A DNA stretch of 64,000 nt from Gordius albopunctatus. Taxonomy: Eukaryota. The DNA lies in assembly GCA_964276515.1 (NCBI GenBank), contig OZ193910.1, forward strand, positions 1,860,001 to 1,924,000. The letters run 5' to 3'. The number at the start of each line of letters is the position of its first letter. Positions within the stretch are counted from its first letter, which is position 1. The notes under the pieces were generated by a model, which searched no databases, was not told the DNA's origin, and saw nothing but the letters and a program-made list of their open reading frames with translations. A program made the translations under genes and the position numbers. Positions 26,094 to 39,000 of the stretch are shown piece by piece.

Positions 26094-27127
26094 CAGAGGT
26101 CTTGGAATTTTCTGCCCGAACCCGGCACGATTCAATTTTTGAAATTCATTGCCCGCCCGGGCCCTCCCAAACCCATCTAAGTGTCCCCCCGGGCCCGCCC
26201 GAATGGTTAAAGCTGCCCGAATTGCCCGGCCCAAAATATTAAATTTGGCCGTTAGTCCCGGATTTGAGAGATCCCAAACAGAGGTCAGATTTGTTTAAAC
26301 TTTTCTGCCCGAACCCGGCCCGGTCAAAATTTTTAACTAAATTGTCCGCCTGAATCCTTATAGTTTCCGCTGGGCCATGCCGGAACCATTAGAGCTGCCC
26401 GGCCTGATTAATAAAATTTTAAATCTAATTAAGAGTTAAGATCAAGCACGATATTTTATATAAAAAAAAGATTTAAAAATATAAAGCTTAAAAACCAATG
26501 GTCAGGTACAGCATTTGCATAAACTTGGAACGGAGAAATCAAATCTCCTAAATTAATGCAAAAAAGTTTGCCCAGAGTTTTTTTTAAATATTATATCATC
26601 GCTGGCAAACAATCATAGGTCACACAATTTTAATTGATAAATAAAAAATTATTTAAATTAGTGTTACTTACTTTTAGAATTAAAATTTTTATTTGAAGCA
26701 AAAAAAGAATGGTCGCGAATTCGTTATGTATTATAAAAATAAGTAGGAATCAAAAAGGCTGAACGAAATTATATTTGTTACAAAAAATTAATGAATTAGA
26801 AACACTTATATGCGCATACATTGTGTGAAAATGGCATGACGCCTGTTTTAAGGTATTGCGAACAATGAAATGGCTACATAAATATAAATAATTCAATCCT
26901 CCATAAACGTAGCTAGGGATCTGACAGAAATGGAGTGGGCCAAAGATTTAACATGGGGGATGGCAGCATTCGCGAACGCGATATACAATCTAATAAAAAG
27001 GTAAGAAGATAATTTACTAGGATTTATGCCCGAATTGCCCAAATCCTATCAGCGTGCCCCCCCCCCCGGGCCTGCCCGAAAATTAAAATTTAAGACAGTT
27101 GCCCGGCCCGGGCATTTCTGGTCTCTG
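26094..27127. mobile_element. Non-autonomous hAT element (CAGAG termini) containing the left breakpoint of the tandem array
   Basis: CAGAGGTC...GGTCTCTG ends, GCCCG subterminal repeats, perfect 8-bp TSD ataccaat. Confidence 0.8.
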
Positions 27128-27790
27128 ATACCAATATAATATTAGCTGATTTTCGTTAATCAAGTCCGCTATCTCATATGATTACAATAAAGCTTAGTGA
27201 AACTTTAAAATTGTATATATGTTAATTATCTCATTTAAAATGGTTAAGAAACTTCAAATTTATATAACAAAACAATTTTATTTTCACTAATTTTAATTAA
27301 AAACATTTTTGACAATTAGAACAACGGATTTTATTTAGCGTAGAAAAGAGGATTTGAGGCCTCCATATGTCACATATTGATTGTAAACTATTTTTATTTT
27401 CAGTTTACAACTATAACCCCTTATAAAAATTTTTTATAATAATTTGTCGGGCATAGAATGTAAGGAGGAATATTTTTTAGTTTTCATTCTTGCTAAGATG
27501 CCGAAGCTTTTGTAACGTATTATTTAAGGTGTATTTAACAGCAATTAACTGTAGTCATAACTATTCAGTTCGTAAATTTTCAAATCTTTTAAAACTAAGT
27601 TTTTCCATGTAAGAACAACCTTTGCGCATATAGACGCTAATAGGAGACCGAAATATTAAAAAATATTTCTAGCATAATAATGCCTAAACAACAATCCTGA
27701 ACATTAAGTTATCATCACTACATAAAATGTAAGAGATTTGCAGATATTTTCTGAGAAGTTAAAATAGACTTGAATACAAATCACATAATA

Positions 27791-28119
27791 AGGTAAAAAC
27801 TTCTTAGTCGCAAATCGGATTATCGCAAAAATCTTTTAATCGCGAAGTTAACTGCCGTTTTGTTTTTTTAACGATAATATTAACAAAAACATTGTTTATT
27901 GACAAATCGCTTAATAGTACAATATCGGATATTCACAAACATTTTCGAGTCCTTAAATCAACCAGATAATTATATAAAATATCATTTTATTGCGAAGCGT
28001 AAGAAATGAATATTTAATATAAAGTACATATACTTTTCCCCCATCGTTTAATCGCGAAATATCGGTTAATCGCGAATTTTTTTCAGGCCCAAGGCTTTGC
28101 AATTAAACGGTTTTGACTG
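27791..28119. mobile_element. Tc1/mariner(pogo)-type MITE, degenerate copy (unit-2 equivalent ~46397-46725)
   Basis: Near-full similarity to 33910-34236. Confidence 0.7.
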
Positions 28120-29938
28120 CAGTTTCAAATTATGCCTTGACCGTTTTTATCACAACCTAAACATTAGTGTTGTAAAATCGACTGGTTCTCATTTGATCGA
28201 ACTTTGGTTCAATTAAGAAGACTAATGATCGATTCTGGTCTGTTTTTCAAATTTCGACTAAGCCTAGAGGTCAACATAGAAAGACAGACCAAAAACCTAA
28301 ACTCAGTCGTTTTAACGTCACTGCTAAGCATTTCTCTACCTTAATATGATATATTTTATATTTTCTTGATTTAAAGTGAATATTTCAATATCCACCAAGG
28401 TCTGAAACCAAAACGCACTAAATCATATTTAAATAGCTTAAAAGGGCGAATGGCACTCAGATCTTTGATATCCCTCAACCTAATTTAGAGATATCTATAA
28501 TTTCTCAGAGGTTGTTAGCAAGGGTAAATTTATATCAAAGAAGAGAGAAAAGAGAGTAAAGATCATTGGATAGATAGGCTTTGTATATGTTTGATGATAA
28601 GTAAAAACGATTTATGAGAAAAATAAGTTTAACAAATTGGATATAAACGAAATAATATTTTAGGCGTGGGAACTAATTTAGCTGTAGCAAGGCGTCAATT
28701 TACTGCACTTCTATACTTGGTAAAAAGCGATGAGGCAAACGGAAAGCCTGAAAGCTAAAAACATATTTTAAAATAAGCGTGAAAAGATCGATAATATATA
28801 TACTATTATTATGTGTCGTTATATCATCTGCGGAATCATAGTATACGTATCAAAGCCTAGAAAATTAAGATGGAGTATTATATTGTCTTTTGGGATATTA
28901 AGAGAGATATGGCAGGGCTAGAGAAGGATTGAAAAAACAGCTTAAGCTTATAAGACATAAATTAAATCTTATTTAAAGAAACAAAAAACGACGACGCAAG
29001 CATATAATTTATCAAAATGTGAATTTAAAATTATCCGACATTGACCTTTGACATAATTAGCAATCTGAATTTTACTATGATCGTGTTTAAATCTTGGGCA
29101 ATTTTAAGAACAGATTAGTTTTATCTTTATTTCTGTCACTTATAGAGATCAAATATTCTTGTCGCATCTAAAATATTTTGAGTAAGACTGTTTCAGAAAG
29201 GTGCTTCTTAGATTATTTTGCATAACCATAAAATTTGTTTCAATCGTCAATTTAAGATCAAAAATTGAAAGATTTAAAAATATAACCTATAAACCATCTG
29301 TCAGAGTAATTTATCGCTTTTAATTATAATACATTTATTAAACGTTCCGTAGATCATATGTTTGTCGCCATATATACATATTGTATTTCTCTTAGGTTTT
29401 ATTATCTTCAAAAAGAATAAAGAAATTACCAATAAATTTGGTAATTATGGTAACTAGTGCCCTTGTGGGCAATAATGTAAGACCTATTTTTAAAATATTA
29501 AAGACACCTTACGATTTTCAATAAGAGAATCCAAAAACTTATTTCAAAAAAATTTAAACCAAGTAACTAGAATTTTACTTTATAATTTTATAAATTATTC
29601 AAATAAAAATTACACGTGTCCATATATTAGCAATACAACCAACAATAGTAAAACAGTTAGTTAATATGACTTCTCCCCCATTAATAGTTAAATTCCTCAC
29701 AAAAGCTTTGGAGCAGGCTGAAGTTCCGTTTTGTTCTCATTACGGTTCGTTAGAAATTTGATCTTTGTTTTGTATTCCACAATTTGGCTTTGACATTCGA
29801 TTTTTGTTGTTGTAACACTCCTCCGACCGCATAATTGGAAGCATCACTCGTAATGGACTGCGTGCTACCTTCGTCTAAATGAGAAAGGCTGGTTATTTGC
29901 TTAAGAGCTTGTTTTGACCGGCTGAAAGATTCTACGGC

Positions 29939-31339
29939 TTAAGGGGTTAAAATGATAGGTCTCTTTGAATCGTCTAGTAGGTCGGTTAGGGGTTTAAGAA
30001 TTTCTGCGCACATAGGAATGAAACGACGATAGAAATTTATCATTCCTATAAAACGTCTAAGTTGTGTCATTGTGGTGGGAATTGAGAATTTTTTAATTGC
30101 GTCAAATTTTTCAGGTATCGGTTTAAGACCTTTGGACGTTACTGTATGCCCTAAAAAATCAACTTCCTTGACTCCCCGCTGACATTTCCCTAGATTGACG
30201 CTAATACCATTTTCGAAAAGTCTTTCAATAACTTGTTCGACGTGTACCTTATGTTCTTGAAGATAGGAACTGGCTATTAGAATATCATCTAAATAGACAA
30301 AAGTGTTGTCTAGCCCTTTAAGGACTTGGTCTATGAATCTTTGGAAAGTTTGCGCCGCATTTCTTAAACCAAAAGGCATGCGTATGAATTCAAATAGACC
30401 GAAAGGTGTTGTAATTGCCGTTTTTGGGATGTCTCCTGGTGCCATCGGAATTTGGTGATAGGCACGTACTAAATCCAGTTTAGTAAATATATTCTTGCCC
30501 GCTAAAGACAGAGAGAAGTCGTGTAGATGTGGAAGAGGATAACGATAGGGTATTGTATTAATATTGAGTGCCCGATAATCTCCGCACGGTCTCCAGTCTT
30601 GTTTGTTTTTCTTTGGGGCCATATGTAACGGTGATGCCCAGCAGCTCTTTAACCTTCTGATGATGCCTAAATCTATCATATGCATGAATTCGTCCTTGGC
30701 ATTCTTCAGTTTCTCTGTATTCAAGCGTCTGGGTTTCGCAAATACGGTTGGACCTTTGGTTTCTATGTGGTGTTGGGTATCGTGCTTTATAGCCGGGCTA
30801 TCGATAGTAGGTTTGAAAATGGCCGGAAATTTTTTAAATAAGTTGGTAAATTCCGGAGGATGTATTATAGCCAGCTGTGAATTTAAAGCATCTGATGCCG
30901 GTTTTTCGTAAACGGATATTTTTTGTGCATCTATCAATTGTTTCCTCTTGACATCAACTATTAAGTTAAAATTGTTTAAAAAATCCGCACCTAATATTGA
31001 AAATTTAACCTCGGCAATTGTAAAAGCCCATTGATATCGTTTTTTAAGTCCCAAATCTAAAATTAGCAACTTTTGTCCTAATATTTTTATGGTACTTGAA
31101 TTAGCTGCCTGTAGTTGGATGTGGGGTGGTTGTAAATGGTCTTTCTTTTGCGCAGGTATAACACTTAACTCCGCCCCAGTATCGACCAAAAAGTGTAGAG
31201 ATGATGTTTTGTCGTATATAAAAAATAAGCGACTTGGTTTGATAAGGCCGGTGCCAGTTGTCGCTTGGCCTGGATTTTGGGTCTTTGGGTATAAAAGCAC
31301 ACGGTGCAATACATTTGGTTGCTTTTTCGCCATATTCAC
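29939..31339 (-). pseudogene. Gypsy pol fragment (protease + reverse transcriptase) ending in a premature TAA
   Basis: [58 protein letters not shown]; the frame continues past the stop into RNase H. Confidence 0.9.
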
Positions 31340-31670
31340 TGTGATACCAGCAAAAATTAGATCCGGTTGATGAACTAGGTGTGCGTGTTGATCGTGACTG
31401 AGATCGGTGTCTGGAAGCTGATCGGATTTTGTTAATGTCTTTTTTTAATCCTTCCACTGAGACACTCAGTTTTCTTACTAGTTCTTTCAATTCAACTATT
31501 TCACAATCTACATTTTGTTTGGCAGAGTTGATAACCGGACTTACATGGTAAGTTGCGGCAATCTTATCGGCTGTTTTGGCTCATTTCGTCGATGATTGGT
31601 CTGTGGCAAATATTGCTAATATTCCAGTCATTGACGATGGTAATTTATCCATCCATAATTGTTTAAGGAT
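31101..31670 (-). pseudogene. Gypsy gag C-terminal fragment
   Basis: ILKQLWMDKLP...ADKI, an RS-rich linker and the CWYH..C..PC knuckle; N-terminus deleted. Confidence 0.75.
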
Positions 31671-31928
31671 GTTGCGTTATCGTTTGTGGGGTCACTAGAA
31701 ATGTAGCGTCACTAGCCCCTGTAAATAAAATACAAAATTATGCAAGTGTAAGATTGATACACTAATTACTAAATAGGGGTAAAAACAAGGGTAAAATATA
31801 AGGCTATCCACATTTATTAATACTGAAAGTAAAAAATTACAAGATAATAATTCTATATGAATTAACGTGTATATATGCACCATTTAAGGTTAGATTAATA
31901 TGCATAATGTATAAATATTTTCATATAT

Positions 31929-32132
31929 TCAAATTGATATAATGTATTTTCATTATGTAATTACGTGGGTGAATAATAACTTACGTAAATTTGTGTATTC
32001 AAATTATAACGATTTGAGCGGCGCCATATTTTCAAATTGAGATAAAGTATTTACATTGTGTAATTACGCGGGTGAATAATAATTCACGTAAATTATGTGT
32101 ATTTAAATTATGGCAATTTGAAAGGCGCCATA
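31929..32132. repeat. Two diverged ~103 bp tandem units
   Basis: TCAAATTGA...GTAATTACG.GGGTGAATAATAA...GGCGCCATA occurs twice. Confidence 0.7.
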
Positions 32133-32630
32133 AGACTCTTTTTTGTAGTTGATTACTATCTTTTCTTTTCAATGTATCACCAACTAGTATATTATAAAAA
32201 TATGGCCCTTGCCGAGCTTTCATCCTACCTTTGTGCCATCCAGGACCTATCTCATTCTTAACTTTTACATGGTCATTTGTATTAAATTTCCTCCCTGTCT
32301 ATTTCGATAATGAAGTAGTTTACGTTTTTAATATACTCCATTTTATCCCTTACGACCGGTCCTAAAAGATCAAAAATTATTTTAATCGCCTCCTCAACAC
32401 TAATTTTGTCGGAGCCTTTCCCGCCGTTGAATGCGGAATTCTAATTGATATCTTTTTTGGTTAGGTCTGTAGGGCTTATTAATATCCGCTTTTTAGTGTA
32501 AGTACATCTCGTTCAACTAATCCTTTTGGTTTCGTATAGTATGGGGAGGTTCTAATATGAGCAATCGCGTTTGCTTTAAAATTCCTTTAAATTCGCCGGA
32601 TACAAAACGCCTCCCATGGTATTTGGATGT
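32130..32630 (-). pseudogene. Degraded integrase of a second Gypsy lineage (Mag/K02A2.6-like)
   Basis: With frameshifts: IAHIRTSPYYTKPKGLVER, PHSTAGKAPTKLVLRRRL, RKFNTNDHVKVKN..GW.KG....GPYFY......RKDSNQL. Confidence 0.7.
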
Positions 32631-33073
32631 TGGCTGTATTAGGAGGCGTAGCGATCGCGCCATATATATGTTTTATTGGTAAGATTATTCAATGAAAATT
32701 ATATGTACTCGTACAATACAAACACCATGTATACATATAGATAAGAGTTACATATGATAAAAAATAGTTAGTTTCTACACTAAAAATTGCCACATATCTA
32801 GAATGTGAGTAAAATGCTAGCATTTTACTCTATGTTATTATATGAATCTGATTTGCTTATTATCTATTACCACATTTTGTAGAAAGATCAATCCAACTAA
32901 TTCTATTAAAAATGTCTACATTCGGTTGTTTTACAATTATAATTAAGGCTACACATATTAGTCACGCGGTGATGCTTCTACTTAATCCTTCAAGGTATGC
33001 ATCTATCCATCATATGATCTATAAATTATTCAAATTTGTAACACGCGCTGTAAAATTTTCTACGAATTTAAAC

Positions 33074-36000
33074 ATGCCAAAGGTTTTAAAATATGGTTCA
33101 TGGAAAAGTCCTATAACAAGCGAATTGATAACGTCGGCTGGCATTAAATTTAATGAGGTTCAACTAGACCAAAATAATCTATTCAATAAAAGTAAAATTA
33201 ATTAATATAAATATTAATTTAATATTTGTTAAATAATTAAATTTTTGCAGAAGTTTATTGGAGTGAATCTCATGCGAAAGAGGGAGGTAGAACCATAGTA
33301 TTTTCATACAATTTTGATTCTCATGAAATTGAGGAATGGACTCCCAAAGGTTTAGATTTATAGTATTTATAATAATAATTGTTATTTTAGATTTTAATTT
33401 GTATACAAAAGTACATGAATATGGTGGAAACGCATTTATTGTTAACAAAGATGTGGTGTACTTTAGTAACAAGAAAGATAATCGAATATATGCCCAAGAA
33501 GCTCCTCTTTCCACACCTTATCCAATTACCAAGGATGATCAAAAATACAGATATACAGATTTTGTTTTTGATAACATTGTAGGTTTATATATGTATTGTA
33601 CTATATATATATAGAATCAAGTGATAATATGTGTGTGTGAATATCATGATTCTCCTGAATTTGAGCCTGAAAATTTTTTGTGTTGTTTGAATTTAAAGGA
33701 AAAGGATAATATATGCTGCCTACAAAAAGGTTCAGATTTTTATACATCTCCTTCATTGTCATCTGATAGTTCTTTGTTAACATGGATTGAATGGAACCAC
33801 CCTAACATGGTAATGAATTTAATAGTAAAATCAAGTATTCTTTTGAGCTGTGTCCAAATTAATAGCTTGTTTAATTTTTCTCATTTTTTTTCTAATTTAA
33901 AACTATATACAGTCAAAACTTCTTAATCGCAAATCGGATTATCGCGAAAATCTTTTAATCGCGAAGTTAACCGCCATTTTGTTTTTTTTCAAACGATAAT
34001 ATCAACAAAAACATCGTTTATTGACAAATCGCTTAATAGTACAATATCGGATATTCAAACATTTTCCAGTCCTTAAATCAACCAGATAATTATATAAAAT
34101 ATCGTTTAATTGCGAAGCGTAAGAAATGAATATTTAATATAATGTACATATACTTTTATTTCCATCGTTTGATCGCGAAATATCGGTTAATCGTGATTTT
34201 TAGGCCCGAGGCTTTGCAATTAAACGGTTTTGACTGTACAAAATATTCAATTTTTGAATATTTAAATTAATTTAAAAGTTTTGTAAGCAATGAGTTTAGA
34301 ACCTACATATGTTGTTTTAGCCTTGGGATTCTACAAATGTTAAAATTGCTTCATTTCATGTAAAAAAAAATCTAAAAGGTGATTCGACCTCAGATTTTGC
34401 TACATTGTCTAATGTGAGAACCTGTCAATTAAATGCATCAAATGGTGTCAGTAACATGCAACCTTATTTAAAGTCTATCAAAGAAAGAGATCCACAAGGA
34501 AAGGATAAATATGATTTAATTTATTTAAGTGATGCCGATGGTTTTTACAAACTTTATCAAGCAGAAATTGGGACAGAAAATAAACTTGGTATCTTGACAA
34601 AATTATATATAATATTTATTTAACTTTTTTAACATTTAAAAGTATTAGTCATCTTAGATAAAAATATATGATAATAATAATTAATTTTCCTTATATTTAA
34701 GTATATTTAAATTTTACAGATTGTTATTTAATTTTATTTGTGAGATATAAATGTGCATACTCGTGAAAAGTCTATGTTTGTTGCAAAATTGGCTGGGCTT
34801 TGCTTGGGCGATCATTGGTTTTAGTCAACTTGTTCTCTTGGTATACCTTCAGAGTCGAAATTGACAAACAGATCTGGCAGCCATTTTGCAACATTACTCT
34901 GTAGTCTTTCAAGATAAAATTCATTTATTTACAAAAATTTTATGAAAATTAAAAACGCGTTTTCACTAAATGTCTAGCTCTTGAAGCTAAATTTTCGGAG
35001 GTTATGCATAAAAACTTTATAAGAAGAATTGCAATATAATCTTTGCACTTTGTTCAGATAAGGCTAAATATCTCATGCCACTTGAAGCTACATTGTGCAA
35101 GGATATTGGTTACCCGCATTGGGTGTCTGGAGACACGGCCTACGCCATAGACCCCAAAGACACGGATACAATCGTATTTTCCGCGGAAAACGTAATTTTC
35201 CTTTTTTACTGCGGCCTTTTACACATTTATTTCAGGATTTGTACACGTTGAAACTGAGTCCTGACGAGTTGACCGGACTCGGACGATTGGAAAAAGTGGT
35301 TTGTGGGCAGTTGAACGCGTTAGCTGAAATACATAACTTAAAACTGAGCGCCGATGGAAAAAATTGTTTTTGCTTGATTTACCCGAAAACCGGGCCCGAA
35401 TACGTGGCCTCTATCGATTTACACCTCAAAAAGGTTATATTACATGTTAAACCGTTCGGCAACAAGGTCTGCAAATTGGCGGCCATCTTTAAATGCGCAC
35501 TTTGAATTCTAGTTATGAGTAAGGGGGGGACTTTGAACTTCTTATAAAAATGCAATATACAAGTACAACTAAACCTGGTTTGGCTTATCATATTTAGTAT
35601 TATACTCATTCTACGTTAACTCTCCCCCCCCCCCGTTCCTAGCTAGATAAATTTATAAATAGTATTTATATCTAATTTTTTAAACTTTTGGCCTTAAATT
35701 ATTATTTGATGCCCCGAAGGCCACAACGCCTACAAAAAAATAGGCTAGGAATTTAAAAGGTACCCAGAATTAAATGAGTTCTATGGTAATACTTGTGAAT
35801 TGTTTCATACCTTCTTCTATATCAAGTATTTGGTCCCACAGTCCTCCTGGGGTTTGTTTTGATGAGTCTCTTCCATCTTGATCGGGTAAGGGGGCCATGT
35901 CTTGATTGAACTTCACAGTCTTCATAACTTTGTCCACTTGCCCCCTTTCCACGTGACTCGAGGTCGTCCTCTTCCTCTCTTACCCGCTACTCCATCCTCC

Positions 36001-39000
36001 AGTACTTTTCGAGATTTACATCATTCGTCGTCTCCCTCCTTAGTATACATGGGCCTAGCCAGCATTGGAATTAGACAGGGGCAAAATGATTATTATGTGA
36101 AAATTAGGCTATAATTTTAATATATTTCAACAAATTTTTGGATTTAGAGCTGGCTTATGCTCTCATAATATTTATTTTTTCTCTTAGTATATTATTATAT
36201 GGTTGTAAATTTTATTTATAAAACTCTACATTCCCACAGATAACGCCGATACGAAAGAGTTGTGAAACGACCATAGACCCCGGCTATATTAGCCTGCCAC
36301 GGGAAATTCAATATCCTACCGGCGATGGTTTTACAGCTTACGCTTTCTACTACGCCCCCCAAGTTTTTACTTTTTCAAAATTTCCTCCGTTTAAATTTAT
36401 TATTTTTTCCAAATGTATCATTAAGGTATCACGGCAAACGTCAAAATTAAGTAGTAATTTCGCGCGTTTCATTTTAATGAGCCCAAGATTCAAGCAGTTG
36501 ACAAATATTCTGGCTAGAATTGAAATGCGCTTATAACATATCGTAAAAGTCTTTGGGCCGATATCTTATCCAGGCTTTATTGACAAAACAATATTTAGTT
36601 TTATGTAAAGAGGGCCCGATTTACGACGGGTGGTAACCGCGAATCAAATAATATAACTCTAATTATCATGCCATATGATGGGAGACAATTTAAATTAGAG
36701 ACTAGTTTGATTAAATTTTCCCCATCTCTTTTAGAGCGTGTCTCGAAAATGATAACAGACGTATACCGGTTTAGCTCTTATTGGAGCTGCTCATATCATC
36801 AGTATGCCATAGTTAATTTTCTAGCCACGTAGTTATCGAGATAGGTAAATGTAAGGCGGCGGATTAGATCGAGTTCACGTTTATGGCGGCTAAAACTATT
36901 TTAGTTTTGTTTGCCTATTTTCAAACGCTTTCCCAACCCATAAAAGAAGCATCATCATCATTATAACCTTAGAATAAAGATTTTTTGGGCCAGACCGGAG
37001 CATTGCCGCCTCTATTAGTGACTAGCCATGGCGGACCTACCGCAAAAAAATCGGATGCTTTTAGCCTTCGAACGCAGTACTTTACATCTCGCGGTTTCGC
37101 TGTGCTGGACGTCAACTATAGGGGCAGTAGCGGGTATGGGAAGTCCTACCGAAATGCCCTGTACAAAAAGTAAGGTTAAGGCACGTATAATATTTTTGTT
37201 GCTAATTTCAAAATGGCGTCGGGAACGCTGTTGCTTTTACGATCGTTATCACTAAATTCGTAGGAAATTGCGTTACTAGTCACCCGTCCGTGGATTAGAT
37301 AGAGAAACGAGAGCGCCCCTGTAACTGTTTTATAGCCAGGCCCTTGGGTACATTACAATTCTGGAATATTTTTTTCATTGTCGAATAAAATGAAAGTTAT
37401 GACCGCTGGCTAAATTTAATTTTTCTGACCCTGGCCGCAAGCCAAAATCTTTATTTTGCAGCTGGCATTTGTACATTTTGGTGTTTGTGCTGAAAGATAA
37501 TTTGTAGCTTAAAAAGCATAACGACCACTGGAAAACTGTCCACAAATAAATAATGACCGCTCGCTGTTTGCGTTTAATTAGTCTAATCCCGGCCACAAAT
37601 TGATGGGCTTTTATTTTTGTGCCTCAATCTTTCATTTTTATCATAATTAGGAACTACGAGTCGGACTAAACACCTAAAAAATAAAGACCACCGTTGCAGG
37701 GGCCTAGCTAGGGGGTGGTAGGGAGGGGCCGCTGCCCCCCCTCTAAATCCGAAAAATCGGGAAAATTTAATGTAATTAAGGTTAAAATTACTAAAAATTA
37801 TCATTTTGCCCCTCTTTAAATCATTATTGCCCCCCTATAAATCGTATCATATGTTGTAAAACGATAATTTATTAGTTGGGGCCTTTACGACGTCGAAGAT
37901 TGCTGTGCCGGAGCCCTCTACTTGGCTGGGATCCTAAAATGCGTAGACGAAAATATGCTGTGCATAGACGGAGGCTCGGCCGGGGGCTACACGACCCTAG
38001 CCTGCCTCACCTTTAGACCCGAAGTTTTCAAGGCTGGTAAGAAAGGCTCGCTATAAATTAACCCGTCTTTCCTGTCATCGAAGAATTGTGACACTTATGT
38101 TTGAAGAAGTGCATGGGCCTAGCCAGGAGGGGGGGGGGGTGCGGCACCGAAGGGCGACTTCCCCCCCTCTAAATCCAAAAATCCGTTGAAATTTATTAAA
38201 ATTTTTGAAAAATGATCATTTTATCCTTCCCTAAATCAAGTTAGTTTTAAACTGGTCCACCAAAATCTATATTCGTTGCATAGTAGTTTAAACTAGTGCT
38301 GTAGAAACGGCTGGCTTTCGCTTCCTCGACCTTTGGTTTCACTAGGACTAACGGTCTACCCCGGTCTGTTTTTCAAATTTTGACTAAGCCTAGAGGTCTA
38401 CAAAGAAAAACAGAGACCAAAAAATCTTATGTTTTTACCCCTATTTATTAAGCAATGGTCTTCGTTAGGATTATGGCTTAAAGAGTAGATTGGGAACTGC
38501 CTCGCCCTTCACCTTAAATTTAATAATTGCAAATTTATCATCGTTTGAATCATCTTTCGTTTGAACCTTGTTCGTGATAATTTGGGCGCCATATTTAAAA
38601 CATCTCTTATCAGCTTTAGTGATAATTTTGGAATGATATTTTAGGCGTATCTCGGTACGGGGTAGGAGATTTATGTTCTTTGGCCGCCGATACACATAAA
38701 TTCGAAAAATACTACAACGATAAGCTGATTGGTCCATTTTCAACGCATAGCGACGTTTGGCGCCAAAGATCGCCAATCAACCACTGCCAAAACCTGAGCG
38801 CGCCAGTTGCCTTTTTCCACGGCACCGAGGATAAAGTGCGATCGATTTGGCGCACTTTTATTCTTGACTCGCAAATTTGCATTTCATAATACATACAAAT
38901 TATAATTTGTTTCCATATGTTTGGAATGGATTTTTAGATGTGTTATATTTGACTGGCAATAAAAATATGAGTGAATATATGTATGTCTTATCTGTCCAGC

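Larger units (their letters stand above)
29665..31720 (-). mobile_element. Internally deleted Ty3/Gypsy retrotransposon, CsRn1-like
   Basis: Putative LTR end ...GCTACA then TAGTGACCCC (tRNA-Trp-like PBS, ~31686-31697); gag CWYHxxYGxxAxxCxxPC (CHCC); protease LVDTGA; RT YLDD; RNase H start TSDASNYAVGGVLQQ; then a deletion to a purine tract GGGGGAGAAG near 29670-29680; integrase absent. Confidence 0.85.

Noticed and set aside
30603..31370. Plus-strand ORFs over the Gypsy pol
   Set aside because: Antisense shadows with no motif
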